Of a stretch of 64,000 bases of DNA, positions 12,844-26,756 are shown one piece after another (positions within the stretch are counted from its first letter, which is position 1; each line of letters opens with the position of its first letter). The stretch comes from Laetmonice hystrix (taxonomy: Eukaryota), in the NCBI GenBank assembly GCA_965235115.1, contig OZ249436.1, positions 47,494,001 through 47,558,000 of the forward strand, given 5' to 3'. Below the pieces are notes generated by a model. The model had not been told where the DNA came from. It saw only the letters and a program-made list of their open reading frames with translations, and ran no database searches. The translations under genes and the position numbers were made by a program.

Positions 12844-13405
12844 CCCCTGGCGCTCCCTCCCCACCCCTCCCCACCAGCCTGGCGCTCCCTCCCCACCCCT
12901 CCCCACCAGCCTGGCGCTCCCTCCCCACCCCTCCCCCACTGGCCTGGCGCTCCCTCCCTGCCCCACCGGCCTGGTGGTCCCTCCCTGCCCTACCGGCCTG
13001 GCGCTCCCTCCCTGCCCCACCGGCCTGGCGCTCCCTCCCTGCCTTACCGGCCTGGCGCTCCCTCCCTGCCTATACCGGCCTGGCGGTCGCTCCCTGCCCT
13101 ACCGGCCTGGTGATCCCGCTCTGCCCTACCGGCCTGGCGATCCATCCCTGCCCTACCGGCCTGGCGGTCCCTCCCTGCCCTACCGGCCTGGCGGTCCCTC
13201 CCTGCCCTACCGGCCTGGTGGTCCCTCCCTGCCCTACCGGCCTCTCGATCCCTCCCTCCCTGACCGGTCTGGCGGTCCCTCTCCACACCTCCCCACCACC
13301 GGCCTGGCGGTGCCTCTCCTCCCCTCTCCCACCGGCCTGGCGGTGCCTCTCCTCCCCTCTCCCACCGGCCTGGCGGTGCCTCTCCTCCCCTCTCCCACCG
13401 GCCAG
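12844..13405. repeat. C-rich diverged minisatellite, ~27-30 bp unit, ~20 copies
   Basis: CCGGCCTGGCG(C/G)TCCCTCCCTGCCCTA core with positional subtypes. Confidence 0.92.
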
Positions 13406-13768
13406 GCTCCCGTAGAGAACAGATGAGTGGGAAGGGCCTCAAGGAACCCCCGGAATTAGAGGAGCTCCGAGTGAGGCCATCACCACCTTACGCACACCCT
13501 CATGGGCCACTTAATATTATGGCCCCAGGTTCCCTCCCCACAAATACCCCATCCTCCATGATAACTATAATTAGGATCTCATCTGAAAGCAATACCCGAC
13601 TCCCGCACGGCCTGAAGCTAGCATTCCTGATGCAGGACGAGATAGGATGGAGGCTGCAGAATCGGGTGTGAGAATTCAAAGGATAACTGGGTACAATCAC
13701 CGGCCGAGCGGTGCTGTGGACGCTGCATTGGCACATGATGTGCTGGTGCGCTGGATGATCCCACTCAT

Positions 13769-14420
13769 TAAGTAGTATAGTGAAAGCGACGTTTTCTGAC
13801 ATCAAGTAGTATAGTGAAAGCGGCGTATTCTGACATCAAGTAGTATAGTGAAAGCGGCGTATTCTGACATCAAGTAGTATAGTGAAAGCGGCGTATTCTG
13901 ACATCAAGTAGTATAGTGAAAGCGACGTTTTCTGACATCAAGTAGTATAGTGAAAGCGGCGTATTCTGACATCAAGTAGTATAGTGAAAGCGGCGTATTC
14001 TGACATTAAGTAGTATAGTGAAAGCGGCGTATTCTGACATTAAGTAGTATAGTGAAAGCGGCGTATTCTGACATTAAGTAGTATAGTGAAAGCGGCGTTT
14101 TCTGATATCAAGTAGTGTAGTGAAAGCGGCGTATTCTGACATCAAGTAGTATAGTGAAAGCGGCGTTTTCTGACATCAAGTAGTATAGTGAAAGCAGCGT
14201 ATTCTGACATCAAGTAGTATAGTGAAAGCGGCGTATTCTGACATCAAGTAGTATAGTGAAAGCGGCGTATTCTGACATTAAGTAGTATAGTGAAAGCGGC
14301 GTATTCTGATGTATTCTGACATTAAGTAGTATAGTGAAAGCGACGTATTCTGATGTATTCTGACATTAAGTAGTATAGAGAAAGCGGCATATTCTGACGT
14401 TAAGTAGTGTAGAGAAAGTG
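13769..14420. repeat. Minisatellite, 34 bp unit, ~19 copies
   Basis: AAGTAGTATAGTGAAAGCGGCGTATTCTGACATC repeated. Confidence 0.96.
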
Positions 14421-14723
14421 GTGTTTCCTGCTGGAATTATCAGTGGTCATCGCTTGAGAGTGCAAAACCGACTCGTGGATCTGATAGCGGCCCTTTAATT
14501 CTCACACCCTTCCTTCCCCCGCCCGGCACCCCCTTAACGACAGCTACATATAATGGGGTATTAACAGAGGGTGCTGGTGTTGGCGGGTCCACCAGCTGGC
14601 CGTGTCACGGGCCTGGTGGAGCTGGGATCCGGTGGACTGGGTTTAGCTGGACTCAGCGGATCACTTTAATACGGGGATTGACCCCTATTATGTTTCTGCC
14701 GCTGGTGGGGATGGAGCCATGCT

Positions 14724-15046
14724 GAGACGTGCTGTGTCATGGCATGCCGGTCGTTGTGTGTCAACCGCTGCCTGTCTCGGTGTCAAACCTTGCCCAACCG
14801 TGCCGTGTCAAGGCGCGCCAATCGTGGTGTGTCAAGGCGTGCTTTCATAGTGTGTCAACCCCTGCCTGTCTCGGTGTCAAACCCTGTCGAACCGTGCCGT
14901 GTCAAGGCGCGCCAGTCGTGGTGTGTCAAGGTGTTCCCTCATGGTGTGTCAAATCCTGCCGAGACGTGCTGTGTCATGACATGCCGGTCATGGCGTGTCA
15001 ACCCCTGCCTGTCTCGGCGTGTCAAACCTTGCCGAACCATGCCGTG
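14724..15046. repeat. Degenerate GTGTCAA-based repeat with ~100 bp and ~237 bp duplications
   Basis: GAGACGTGCTGTGTCATG at 14724 and 14961; CTGCCTGTCTCGG(T/C)GT three times; AACCGTGCCGTGTCAAGGCGCGCCA twice. Confidence 0.75.
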
Positions 15047-15071
15047 TACACCCCCACCCCGTACCGCACCA

Positions 15072-15690
15072 ACCCACCCACCCAATGCCGGCACCCACCC
15101 ACACACCCACACACCCACTCAATGCCGGCACCCACTCACACACTCACCCAATGCCGGCACACACACACCCAATGCCGGCACCCACCCACACACCCACACA
15201 CCCACCCAATGCCGGCACACACCCACACACCCACACACCCACCCAATGCCGGCACCCACCCACACACCCACACACCCACCCAATGCCGGCACACACCCAC
15301 ACACCCACACACCCACCCAATGCCGGCACACACCCACACACCCACCCAATGCCGGCACACACCCACACACCCACACACCCACCCAATGCCGGCACACACC
15401 CACACACCCACACACCCACCCAATGCCGGCACACACCCACACACCCACACACCCACCCAATGCCGGCACACACCCACACACCCACACACACACCCAATGC
15501 CGGCACCCACCCACACACCCACACACCCACCCAATGCCGGCACACACCCACACACCCACACACCCACCCAATGCCGGCACACACCCACACACCCACCCAA
15601 TGCCGGCACACACCCACACACCCACACACCCACCCAATGCCGGCACACACCCACACACCCACACACCCACCCAATGCCGGCACACGCCCA
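15072..15690. repeat. CA-rich minisatellite, 37 bp unit (27 bp variants), ~17 copies
   Basis: ACCCACCCAATGCCGGCACACACCCACACACCCACAC repeated. Confidence 0.95.
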
Positions 15691-15940
15691 TCCCATCTCA
15701 CCACCCTATTATCTATTTTATCAACATTTGTTCTCTTGATTCCTAATTACCAGCGACTCAAATAAATACCACCCAGTAATGTTTCCAATGAATCTTTCTG
15801 CTTCTTGTCACCTTCGATTCATGGATTAGGTGAAAACACTTGTCAAATCAATCAACAATACAAAACAATACATTTGTTAAATCAACAATACAAAACAATA
15901 CATTTGTTGTTCAATCTTCCTGTGTTCGGATCACAGTGAC

Positions 15941-16512
15941 AACTGTACAGCCAGTATCGGACCAGGAGGAATAGTCCTGGTACAAACTGTACAGCCAGTA
16001 TGGAACCAGGAGGAATCTAATAGTCCTGGTACAAACTGTACAGCCAGTATGGAACCAGGAGGGATCTAATAGTCCTGGTACAAACTGTACAGCCAGTATG
16101 GAACCAGGAGGGATCTAATAGTCCTGGTACAAACTGTACAGCCAGTATGGAACCAGGAGGGATCTAATAGTCCTGGTACAAACTGTACAGCCAGTATCGA
16201 ACCAGGAGGGATCTAATAGTCCTGGTACAAACTGTACAGCCAGTATGGAACCCGGAGAAATCTAATAGTCCTGGTACAAACTGTACAGCCAGTATCGAAC
16301 CAGGAGGGATCTAATAGTCCTGGTACAAACTGTACAGCAAGTATCGAACCAGGAGGGATCTAATAGTCCTGGTACAAACTGTACAGCCAGTATCGAACCA
16401 GGAGGGATCTAATAGTCCTGGTACAAACTGTACAGCCGGTATCGAACCAGGAGGGATCTAATAGTCCTGGTACAAACTGTACAGCAAGTATCGAACCAGG
16501 AGGGATCTAGTA
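15941..16512. repeat. Minisatellite, 49 bp unit, ~11.5 copies
   Basis: AACTGTACAGCCAGTAT(G/C)GAACCAGGAGGGATCTAATAGTCCTGGTACA; period 16021->16070. Confidence 0.96.
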
Positions 16513-17875
16513 GTCAATTTATAACTGCCCTCTCTCCCCCGGTCGGACTCCATCCCAGCCCCCTCCCCGGCCACCACCACCCTCCCTCCGCCGGTCTGAC
16601 TCCGCTCCCCCCCCCCACCCTACCCCCGCGCCTGCCCTGGCTCCCACCGTCGGTTCCAGTAACTGTTGTAAGAGGAAATCCCTCCGTCTCAGGACAACCA
16701 TCTGCCGCTGACATTAACAACTGACCGTGAGCCAAGTGCTGTGTATAAAGTTGACGAGCTGTACTCCCTGGGCGGACCGCCATCATGTCCATCTCCCCAG
16801 ATTATTCTCAGCAAATCTTTACATCGCTTCAAATGAACCTTCAATCGTCCGCTAATATATGCTCCATTGTCTATGATCCCCGCGTACACGTGCTATTCAA
16901 TATGAGCCTGGGTTGAATACCTGCCGTAAGATCCCCCGGCGCCTGTCACAAACACTGAAAGCCGTGTCGGTTTACGAACAGCAATGTGATTAATATTTCG
17001 CTTATCCACGTGTTGGCAGGTCCTACAATGAGAAAGGGCCTGCTGCTTTCTGGCTGTCATTCAGCAGGTTTGGGTCTGTCATAAAACTCTGGCTACCTTC
17101 AGAAAGGCCCGGAGATCTGTTCACTTTGCCAGATCCAACCAATGACAGGCCCTTCAAAGCCACCTGACTCGGGTCCCTGCTGTACTGCTGGTACCGTCGT
17201 AATAAATACAAATTGTTGGGTCATGTGGCAAAACAGGAGAGTGCCTTTCTGTACGTTCTAACAAACAGGGTCGGGTGGTATTTTTATACGATCGACCAGG
17301 TTCCGGCATAACTGAATGACCTTTAGTTAAACCATGCTAAATCTATCAATATTAAAACATCTCAGACACGAAAACACGAAAACAACCACGACACCTGCTT
17401 CCACTTTCCTCACAAAGAAAACAGTCCTTTTACGTTGAAGGAAAAACTTACTGCCGAGAACAAGAATGTGCCTCTTCTTGCGAAAAAATAAGCCCAGACG
17501 TCAATTCTGAGTCGGAGATGATCGTATCGATCGAGTAAAAAAAACAAACTCGTAAACAAACGAACAGAGTGAAGCTAACACGTGTGATATTGACCCACTG
17601 GGCAGCCTTGCCCGACCACGAGAAGAAAACATTTCTACTGCTATTCTAAAAAAGGACATTTCTGCCCGACTTTACACGAGTAGATCTGTTACTACGAAAC
17701 TCGCGAGGGTTGTCGACAGGGGACGGTTCGGGAGAGCTTCCATTGGCATGAATTATTCATGGTTAAAATACCGAAACATGATCATAATTCTACTGGTAAT
17801 TTCGTCCTCCAGAGTTACTAACTTTGAAATAAAATAACACTGGATTAGAGAGGATCGCATTACTGTTTTCAGGCC

Positions 17876-18408
17876 AGGGAGGGTGGCGCGGAGGGAGGCG
17901 GGGAGGCAGGGGGAGGGAGGGAGGCGCGGAGGGAGGCGGGGTGGGAGGCAGGGAGGGAGGCGGGGAGGCAGGCGGGGAGGCAGGGGGAGGGAGGCGGGGA
18001 GGGAGGCGGGGAGGGAGGTGGGGAGGCAGGGGGAGGCAGGCGGGGAGGCAGGTAGGCGGGGAGGGGGAGGACGAGAGGCGGGGAGGGAGGGAGGCAGGCA
18101 GGCAGGCAGGCAGGCAGGGAGGCGGGAAGGAGAAGCAGGCGGGGAGGGAGGCGGGGAGGGAGGCGGGGAGGGAGGCGGGGAGGGAGGCGGGGAGGCGGGA
18201 AGGAGAAGCAGGCGGGGAGGGAGGGAGGCAGGCAGGCAGGGAGGCGGGGAGGGAGGCGGGGAGGGAGGGAGGCGGGGGCAGGGAGGGGGGACGAGAGGCG
18301 GGGAGGGAGGCAGGCAGACAGGGAGGCAGGCAGGCGGGGAGGGAAGCAGGCGGGGAGGGAGGCGGGGAGGCAGGGGGAGGCGGGAGGGGAGGGAGGCAGG
18401 GAGGCAGG
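17876..18408. repeat. G-rich low-complexity tract (GGGAGGCGG/GGCA units)
   Basis: Almost T-free G/A/C tract; source of the Pro-rich and Gly-Arg-rich ORFs. Confidence 0.92.
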
Positions 18409-19019
18409 TTTCTTGACTCGGCAAGACTCCTCGGACAGCTCTCATTAACCAGGGGAAGTTCTTGGCGGTGTTTCAAGGTCACCAGGCGATAGTGCCTGCA
18501 GCCTTCTAGGAACTCGGAGGAAATCCTGCACCTACTGGAGGCTTCTCCTGCACGTTTTACCATTGCCTTCCTTCCAGCCATCAACTGTCGAAAAGCACTT
18601 CAAGAAGAATGCCACTTTTAATCATGTTAGGGATTGGAAGCGAGATGATGAATGCCAGTGAGAGTTAGGAAGACTGGGGGAGCTACATTGGATGGTGCCG
18701 TTTCTATCTGCCCACACCCGGTGGCTGAGTAATGACACAGGTAGGGAGATAGAGAACTGATGAGTACATCACCTCACCGGCAACCGTTTCAGGGTTTCAC
18801 TGACACATGATTAACAAGGTCATACTGCGTCTACCTCCTCTAAAACAGACCAGCCTCACTGAGATAATCAAAACTATGGCAACTATGTCAGTTCATTTGA
18901 TTCACTTCAACAGTATGGTAACCAGCTCAGTGAGGCGTGGCTCATACTGGACAGTGCCCAGTACTATGGTCAGCAGTTGGTGGTCTAAAAGTAATGGATA
19001 CACATCCTGTGTGAGTCAA

Positions 19020-20670
19020 GTAGCCTTACCTAGCCCGGAGAAGTCTGGGGGACCCACACCGACATCCTACCTAGCCTGGAGAAGTCTGGGGGACCCACAC
19101 CGACAGCCTACCCAGGCTGATAAAGTCTGGGGGACTCTCAAGAGTGCCAGCCTACCTAGCCTGATAAAGTCTGGGGCACTCTCAGAGTGCCAGCCTACCT
19201 AGCCTGATAGTGTCTGAGGACTCTCAGAGTGCCAGCCTACCTAGCCTGATAAAGACTGGGGACTCTCAGAATGCCAGCCTACCTCGCCTGATAAAGTCTG
19301 GGGCACTCTCAGAGTGCCAGCCTACCTAGCCTGATAGTGTCTGAGGACTCTCAGAGTGCCAGCCTACCTAGCCTGATAAAGACTGGGGACTCTCAGAATG
19401 CCAGCCTACCTCGCCTGATAAAGTCTGGGGCACTCTAAGAATGCCAGCCTACCTATCCTGATAAAGTCTTGGGATTCAGAGTGCCAGCCTACCAAGCCTG
19501 ATAAAGTCTGGGGACTCTCAGAGTGCCAGCCTACCTCGCCTGATAAAGTCTGAGGACTCTCAGAGTGCCAGCCTACCTAGCCTGATAAAGTCTGAGGACT
19601 CTCAGAGTGCCAGCCTACCTAGCCTGGTAGTGTCTGGGGACTCTCAGAGTGCCAGCCTACCAAGCCTGATAAAGTCTGGGGACTCTCAGAGTGCCAGCCT
19701 ACCTCGCCTGATAAAGTCTGAGGACTCTCAGAGTGCCAGCCTACCTCGCCTGATAAAGTCTGAGGACTCTCAGAGTGCCAGCCTACCTAACCTGATAAAG
19801 TCTGGGGACTCTCAGAGTGCCAGCCTACCTCGCCTGATAAAGTCTGGGGACTCTCAGAGTGCCAGCCTACCTCGCCTGATAAAGTCTAAGGACTCTCAGA
19901 GTGCCAGCCTACCTAGCCTGATAAAGTCTGAGGACTCTCAGAGTGCCAGCCTACCTAGCCTGATAGTGTCTGGGGACTCTCAGAGTGCCAGCCTACCAAG
20001 CCTGATAAAGTCTGGGGACTCTCAGAGTGCCAGCCTACCTCGCCTGATAAAGTCTGAGGACTCTCAGAGTGCCAGCCTACCTAGCCTGATAGTGTCTGGG
20101 GACTCTCAGAGTGCCAGCCTACCAAGCCTGATAAAGTCTGAGGACTCTCAGAGTGCCAGCCTACCTAGCCTGATAAAGTCTGAGGACTCTCAGAGTGCCA
20201 GCCTACCTAGCCTGATAGTGTCTGGGGACTCTCAGAGTGCCAGCCTACCAAGCCTGATAAAGTCTGGGGACTCTCAGAGTGCCAGCCTACCTCGCCTGAT
20301 AAAGTCTGAGGACTCTCAGAGTGCCAGCCTACCTCGCCTGATAAAGTCTGAGGACTCTCAGAGTGCCAGCCTACCTAACCTGATAAAGTCTGGGGACTCT
20401 CAGAGTGCCAGCCTACCTCGCCTGATAAAGTCTGGGGACTCTCAGAGTGCCAGCCTACCTCGCCTGATAGTGTCTGGGCACTCTCAGAGTGCCAGCCTAC
20501 CTAGCCTGATAAAGACTGGGGGCTCTCAGAGTGCCAGCCTACCTCGCCTGATAAAGTCTGAGGACTCTCAGAGTGCCAGCCTACCTATCCTGATAAAGTC
20601 TGGGGATTCAGAGTGCCAGCCTACCAAGCCTGATAAAGTCTGGGGACTCTCAGAGTGCCAGCCTACCTAA
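19020..20670. repeat. Minisatellite, 42 bp unit, ~38 copies, degenerate at left edge
   Basis: GCCAGCCTACCTAGCCTGATAAAGTCTGGGGACTCTCAGAGT; the 346-aa ORF 19630..20670 is its translation. Confidence 0.97.
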
Positions 20671-21450
20671 CTATGAGAAGTCTCAGTTTCTATCTATCTC
20701 CATCAATCTGCTCTGTTTGCCAGCAGTTCGCCGCACTCTCCAATGCACCGTTTCTTCCGAAGCAAACCTTGTGACCAAACAAGTCCACTGTATGCTCATG
20801 CATGCTGCATACTACATATCTCTCGGTAGGGCACACAACTGGGCAACTCATCCGGGCACAGGGCACATCCACGCTTTACTGAGACCTTTCTCCAGCGGGA
20901 AATACCTCAGTCTGCCCTATACTGTACTTTCCAGGCACCACTATGATCGTACAATTGATCACAGCCCGGCGCTCAAATTGAATCAATTACATGAGAAAAA
21001 AGACGGAAAATGAGGAAAATCGTCAATACTGAGTTGATGGGGAGCGAGCTGGTAGCTGGCCTGTGTGAAGGCTGATAGTACACCAGCGGCTGATATGGCA
21101 GGGCGGTCGGGATCTGGTCCATCCGAACGGTTATGCACTCACACGACCGGGTAGGGCGAACAACGCCCTGATCTAGGCCTAGACAGGTTTCGTTATCTGA
21201 GGGGGAGACAGGCACCTGCAACAGGAGCAGCAGTATCTTATCACACGGTCCATATCACGTCCAATCAGATCCCACAGCCCAGCTCCGGAGGCATTGCCTT
21301 AAAGGTCCCTATCAAAGCGGCGAGTCGGAGCTCTGTCCTTACCACAGACCCCCTAGTGGCAGTATACAGTGGGGGCCGACACTTGGCAGACAAAGTGAGG
21401 CAGGGCCCAGCGGCACGGAGCGACAATCAAAACTAATCACCGAGTTCTAA

Positions 21451-23670
21451 CACCACTGACCCTACAAACATGTGACCATCACTTACTGCCGGGCTGTGGG
21501 AGCAGGTCGGTGGGGAAACCCGCTCACAACCACCACTGACCCTACAAACATGTGACCATCAACTACTGCCAGGCTGTGGGAGCAGGTCGGCGGACAAACC
21601 CGCTCACAACCACCACTGACCCTACAAACATGTGACCATCAACTACTGCCAGGCTGTGGGAGCAGGTCGGCGGACAAACCCGCTCACAACCACCACTGAC
21701 CCTACAAACATGTGACCATCACTTACTGCCGGGCTGTGGGACCAGGTCGGCGGACAAACCCGCTCACAACCACCACTGACCCTACAAACATGTGACCATC
21801 ACTGCCGGGCTGTGGGAGCAGGTCGGCGGGGAGACCCGCTCACAACCACCACTGGCCCTACAAACATGTGACCATCACTGCCGGGCTGTGGGAGCAGGTC
21901 GGCGGGGAGACCCGCTCACAACCACCACTGGCCCTACAAACATGTGACCATCACTTACTGCCGGGCTGTGGGACCAGGTCGGTGGGGAGACCCGCTCACA
22001 ACCACCACTGACCCTACAAACATGTGACCATCACTTACTGCCGGGCTGTGGGAGCAGGTCGGTGGGGAAACCCGCTCACAACCACCACTGACCCTACAAA
22101 CATGTGACCATCAACTACTGCCAGGCTGTGGGAGCAGGTCGACGGACAAACCCGCTCACAACCACCACTGACCCTACAAACATGTGACCATCACTTACTG
22201 CCGGGCTGTGGGAGCAGGTCGGCGGAGAGACCCGCTCACAACCACCACTGACCCTACAAACATGTGACCATCACTTACTGCCGGGCTGTGGGAGCAGGTC
22301 GGTGGGGAAACCCGCTCACAACCACCACTGACCCTACAAACATGTGACCATCAACTACTGCCAGGCTGTGGGAGCAGGTCGACGGACAAACCCGCTCACA
22401 ACCACCACTGACCCTACAAACATGTGACCATCACTTACTGCCGGGCTGTGGGAGCAGGTCGGCGGGGAGACCCGCTCACAACCACCACTGGCCCTACAAA
22501 CATGTGACCATCACTTACTGCCAGGCTGTGGGAGCAGGTCGGCGGAGAGACCCGCTCACAACCACCACTGACCCTACAAACATGTGACCATCACTTACTG
22601 CCGGGCTGTGGGAGCAGGTCGGTGGGGAAACCCGCTCACAACCACCACTGACCCTACAAACATGTGACCATCAACTACTGCCAGGCTGTGGGAGCAGGTC
22701 GACGGACAAACCCGCTCACAACCACCACTGACCCTACAAACATGTGACCATCACTTACTGCCAGGCTGTGGGAGCAGGTCGGCAGGGAGACCCGCTCACA
22801 ACCACCACTGACCCTACAAACATGTGACCATAAACAACTGCCGGGCTGTGGGACCAGGTCGGTGGGGAGACCCGCTCACAACCACCACTGACCCTACAAA
22901 CATGTGACCATCACTGCCGGGCTGTGGGAGCAGGTCGGCGGGGAGACCCGCTCACAACCACCACTGGCCCTACAAACATGTGACCATCACTTACTGCCGG
23001 GCTGTGGGACCAGGTCGGTGGGGAGACCCGCTCACAACCACCACTGACCCTACAAACATGTGACCATCACTGCCGGGCTGTGGGAGCAGGTCGGCGGAGA
23101 GACCCGCTCACAACCACCACTGACCCTACAAACATGTGACCATCACTTACTGCCAGGCTGTGGGAGCAGGTCGGCGGAGAGACCCGCTCACAACCACCAC
23201 TGACCCTACAAACATGTGACCATAACTTACTGCCGGGCTGTGGGAGCAGGTCGGTGGGGAAACCCGCTCACAACCACCACTGACCCTACAAACATGTGAC
23301 CATCAACTACTGCCAGGCTGTGGGAGCAGGTCGGCGGACAAACCCGCTCACAACCACCACTGACCCTACAAACATGTGACCATCACTTACTGCCGGGCTG
23401 TGGGAGCAGGTCGGCGGGGAGACCCGCTCACAACCACCACTGGCCCTACAAACATGTGACCATCACTGCCAGGCTGTGGGAGCAGGTCGGCAGGGAGACC
23501 CGCTCACAACCACCACTGACCCTACAAACATGTGACCATAAACAACTGCCGGGCTGTGGGACCAGGTGGGCGGGGAGACTCGCTCACAACCACCACTGAC
23601 CCTACAAACATGTGACCATCACTGCCAGGCTGTGGGAGCAGGTCGGCAGAGAGACCCGCTCACAACCACT
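21451..23670. repeat. Satellite, 80 bp unit (76 bp variant), ~28 copies
   Basis: CACCACTGACCCTACAAACATGTGACCATCACTTACTGCCGGGCTGTGGGAGCAGGTCGG...ACCCGCTCACAAC. Confidence 0.97.
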
Positions 23671-24079
23671 ACCGGCCCACCACCACACATACGCCGGCTC
23701 TATGCTGCACGGGAAACCTCACAGCTTTCCGGAATCAACCACGTGTTTACAATTTCACAAAAGCAAACTTAGCAAATTCCTGTGTCCACTCGCCAACCGG
23801 TCCGTGTCGCTCTACATGACTTTACTTCCTGTCACACCAGCCTCCAGCAGACCGTCAATTGACCATGGTTAATGACTCGGTTAACAGCGGCCTCTCTCAG
23901 ACAAACAGCGGAAGGTCGGGTTCACGGGCCGGTGACCAGCAGGCTGATCTGTTCCTGGCCACCAGAAGGTCGTACTTCTCCGGTTGTGTTCCGCTCCTTC
24001 CTGTTGTTTGGGCGAGATACCACAAACAAGCTCCAATTAAGCGACATGTAACCCTCCCACTGCAAGACCGACAGTGCTA

Positions 24080-24440
24080 AACCAGTCGTGAAACCTGACC
24101 ATCGGTCGTGAGCCAGCCCAGCAGTCATGAAACCTGACCATCGGTCGTGAGCCAGCCCAGCAGTCATGAAACCTGACCATCGGTCCTGAGCCAGCCCAGC
24201 AGTCATGAAACCTGACCATCGGTCGTGAGCCAGGCCTGCAGTCATGAAACCTGACCATCGGTCGTAAACCAAGCCTTCACTCATGAAGCCTGACCATCAG
24301 TCGTAAACCAGGCCTGCAGTCATGAAACCTGACCATCGGTCGTAGACCAGGCCTGCAGTCATGAAACCTGACCATCGGTCGTTAGCCAGGCCTGAAGTCA
24401 TGAAACCTGACCATCCGGTCGTGAGGCAGCAGTCATGAAG
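24080..24440. repeat. Minisatellite, 39 bp unit, ~9 copies
   Basis: CAGTCATGAAACCTGACCATCGGTCGTGAGCCAGCCCAG repeated. Confidence 0.94.
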
Positions 24441-25266
24441 CTGTTTATGGTGTTCCAAGGTGCCTAAAATTAGCAACATGTACATCACAGTCACCGGAGA
24501 CCTGACTCTCGTTTTCTATTCCATGGCTATACATTTCAGTGGATAACAAATTACGTTTTTCACATAAGAATTTGATGAGAGGCGCAAGTTATTCATCCAT
24601 CAAATAAATAAAAAATACAAGGATCATCTCAATCATACCCAAACAGTTTATAGTAAACACGTAGACATACGCATTTGGTCAGAACCGTTCCTGGCTTGAG
24701 AAAAACAGAATTTTACCTCTCCGAATTGCGAACTTGTTTACAAACACACCCGATGCTACATGTATGTTCAGACTAAAATGATACCCTAACGTATTGACAA
24801 ACAAACCATGGGTGTTTGCTGTGGAGCTGTGGAGGGATGTATTCTAAGAATCACTTTAAGTATCAGTTAAAGAGAGCAGGTTGACATTAGATATGGCTCT
24901 TAGACCCAGACAGCGTTATCTGACGACTAGTTCTTCATAATGCCTGGTTTGGGTTACTTATAGGCTTCCTGCGTCGCCGGTAATGTTGGATAAAAATACT
25001 CGCCAATAACATTTTAGTCGCTCGCAGCGATCCTGATAATAACGATAATTAAGAGTTAGTTTCAGCCGTGGTCCGGTCGAAATTGCATCATTAATAATCT
25101 CGACGGAATTTGTTCCGTCCTTCTAGCTTCCTTGGCACATGTTTTTTGTTGCCATTTCAAGCAAACTTAGCTGATAAAAGCAAACATCATGCAATCTTTC
25201 TAGTTTTAATTACGAAAAAAGCCACCTCAAGTTCGTGATCTCTGTTGTTTCTCTATAATGAGGTTG

Positions 25267-25712
25267 ATAACATTCTACCTTCACCCATAGCGACATGTAG
25301 AAAATGTCGCGGGCTGTGGGAATCGTACGGTGGCAGTGGTTTTATGGTTTCACAAGGACTGGTCACTTACAACAGTACACCGACATGATGTTTATATGTG
25401 GCCGGCACACCACAATAACATTCTACCTTCACCCATAGCGACATGTAGAAAATGTCGCGGGCTGTGGGAATCGTACGGTGACAGTGGTTTTATGGTTTAA
25501 CAAGCACTGGTCACTTACAACAGTACACACTGACATGATGTTTATATGTGGCCGGCACACCACAATAACATTCTACCTTCACCCATAGCGACATGTAGAA
25601 AATGTCGCGGGCTGTGGGAATCGTACGGTGGTAGTGTTTGTATGGTTTAACAACCACTGGTCACTTACAACAGTACACCGACATGATGTTTATATGTGTG
25701 GCCGGCACACCA
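25267..25712. repeat. Tandem triplication, ~148-150 bp unit
   Basis: ATAACATTCTACCTTCACCCATAGCGACATGTAGAAAATGTCGC at 25267, 25415, 25565. Confidence 0.94.
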
Positions 25713-26756
25713 GTGATGTTATTAATAGAATATGGGCATCATTGACTACGATATCGTCCAACAATTACAGGCTGGGATTATCCGTATGATTTTACTACAG
25801 TCCTTCAATTATCAAACAGTGTTATAAGAAACGATCTTCTTGAAGGGGATTAATATTCATGTCCTTCAAGATCTTAAACCCGAATAGATGTAGCATCTCT
25901 AGCCGGATCAGCGAAACACGACCGACGCACCAGCATCATGGGAAATAATAGATGAGAAGAGTCGACCGTTCTCTTCGTCTCTGTCACCAGTGGCCATGAT
26001 GACGGAACTGCTGGCGCCCCCCAGCGGCAGCGAGTGGTACCACGGCCTTGACAACCCCACTCGTCACACCAGTCACATCCGCCGCTTACATCTCTCTGGG
26101 GGAATACCTCGCCACTAATTAACCTCGTTAGGGGCCACTAATTAAGTAAACACCAGAGAATCCATCCCAAAGCTACACTTGGCCAAACTAAATGCTGCAG
26201 ACTAAACCATCTGAAGGTACCACTGAGACGTCTAAATACGATTTATATTCTGCGTCCATGACGTCACAGAGAGAGAGCTTCAGGAGGGACGCCCCGTTTA
26301 GTTCTCACTTCCGGCAAGTTAGAATGAAGAGGTGATCGAGGATGAATCCGTTATGACGACACAATCACAATCTGACCAAAGATGGACTTTAGTTATATCT
26401 GGTTTAAAAGGAGAGTTTCGGAATCCCTAAACGAGGCAATCATGAGGCTCGCCGACTCAACACCGACGTAAAAAAACAATGTGTTCAATAACACTATTAA
26501 ACTCATTGCATCGTTCATGTAGTTTTTCATAGCAGACTTGGACAAATGTGAGCGATGGCGTTATGCTAAAACCTTTTTTGACTGTAGTGTTAATTGACAG
26601 TAGTAGCAAAGGATAGACATCTAGAGTATGTACGTCACATTAATCTATTTAAAGTTAAAATGGCGTGGGACGGTCACTACATCTGGTGGCAGAGAACGGT
26701 ACTAATATTTTCTATCGGATTAAACTGGCGTGATATAAAAAAAAATAACGTAATAC

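Noticed and set aside
14729..15765. Pro/His/Thr-rich ORFs in all six frames
   Set aside because: CA-rich minisatellite lacking stop codons.
18409..18600. Possible LINE reverse-transcriptase fragment
   Set aside because: No recognisable RT motif in any frame I read.
19630..20670. 346-aa ORF (SGDSQSASLPSLIK)n
   Set aside because: The 42-bp unit is a multiple of 3, so one frame stays open by chance; broken by shorter frameshifting units.
21490..25320. CGGGCTGTGGGA shared by the 80-bp and 148-bp arrays
   Set aside because: No further alignment between the units; could be chance.
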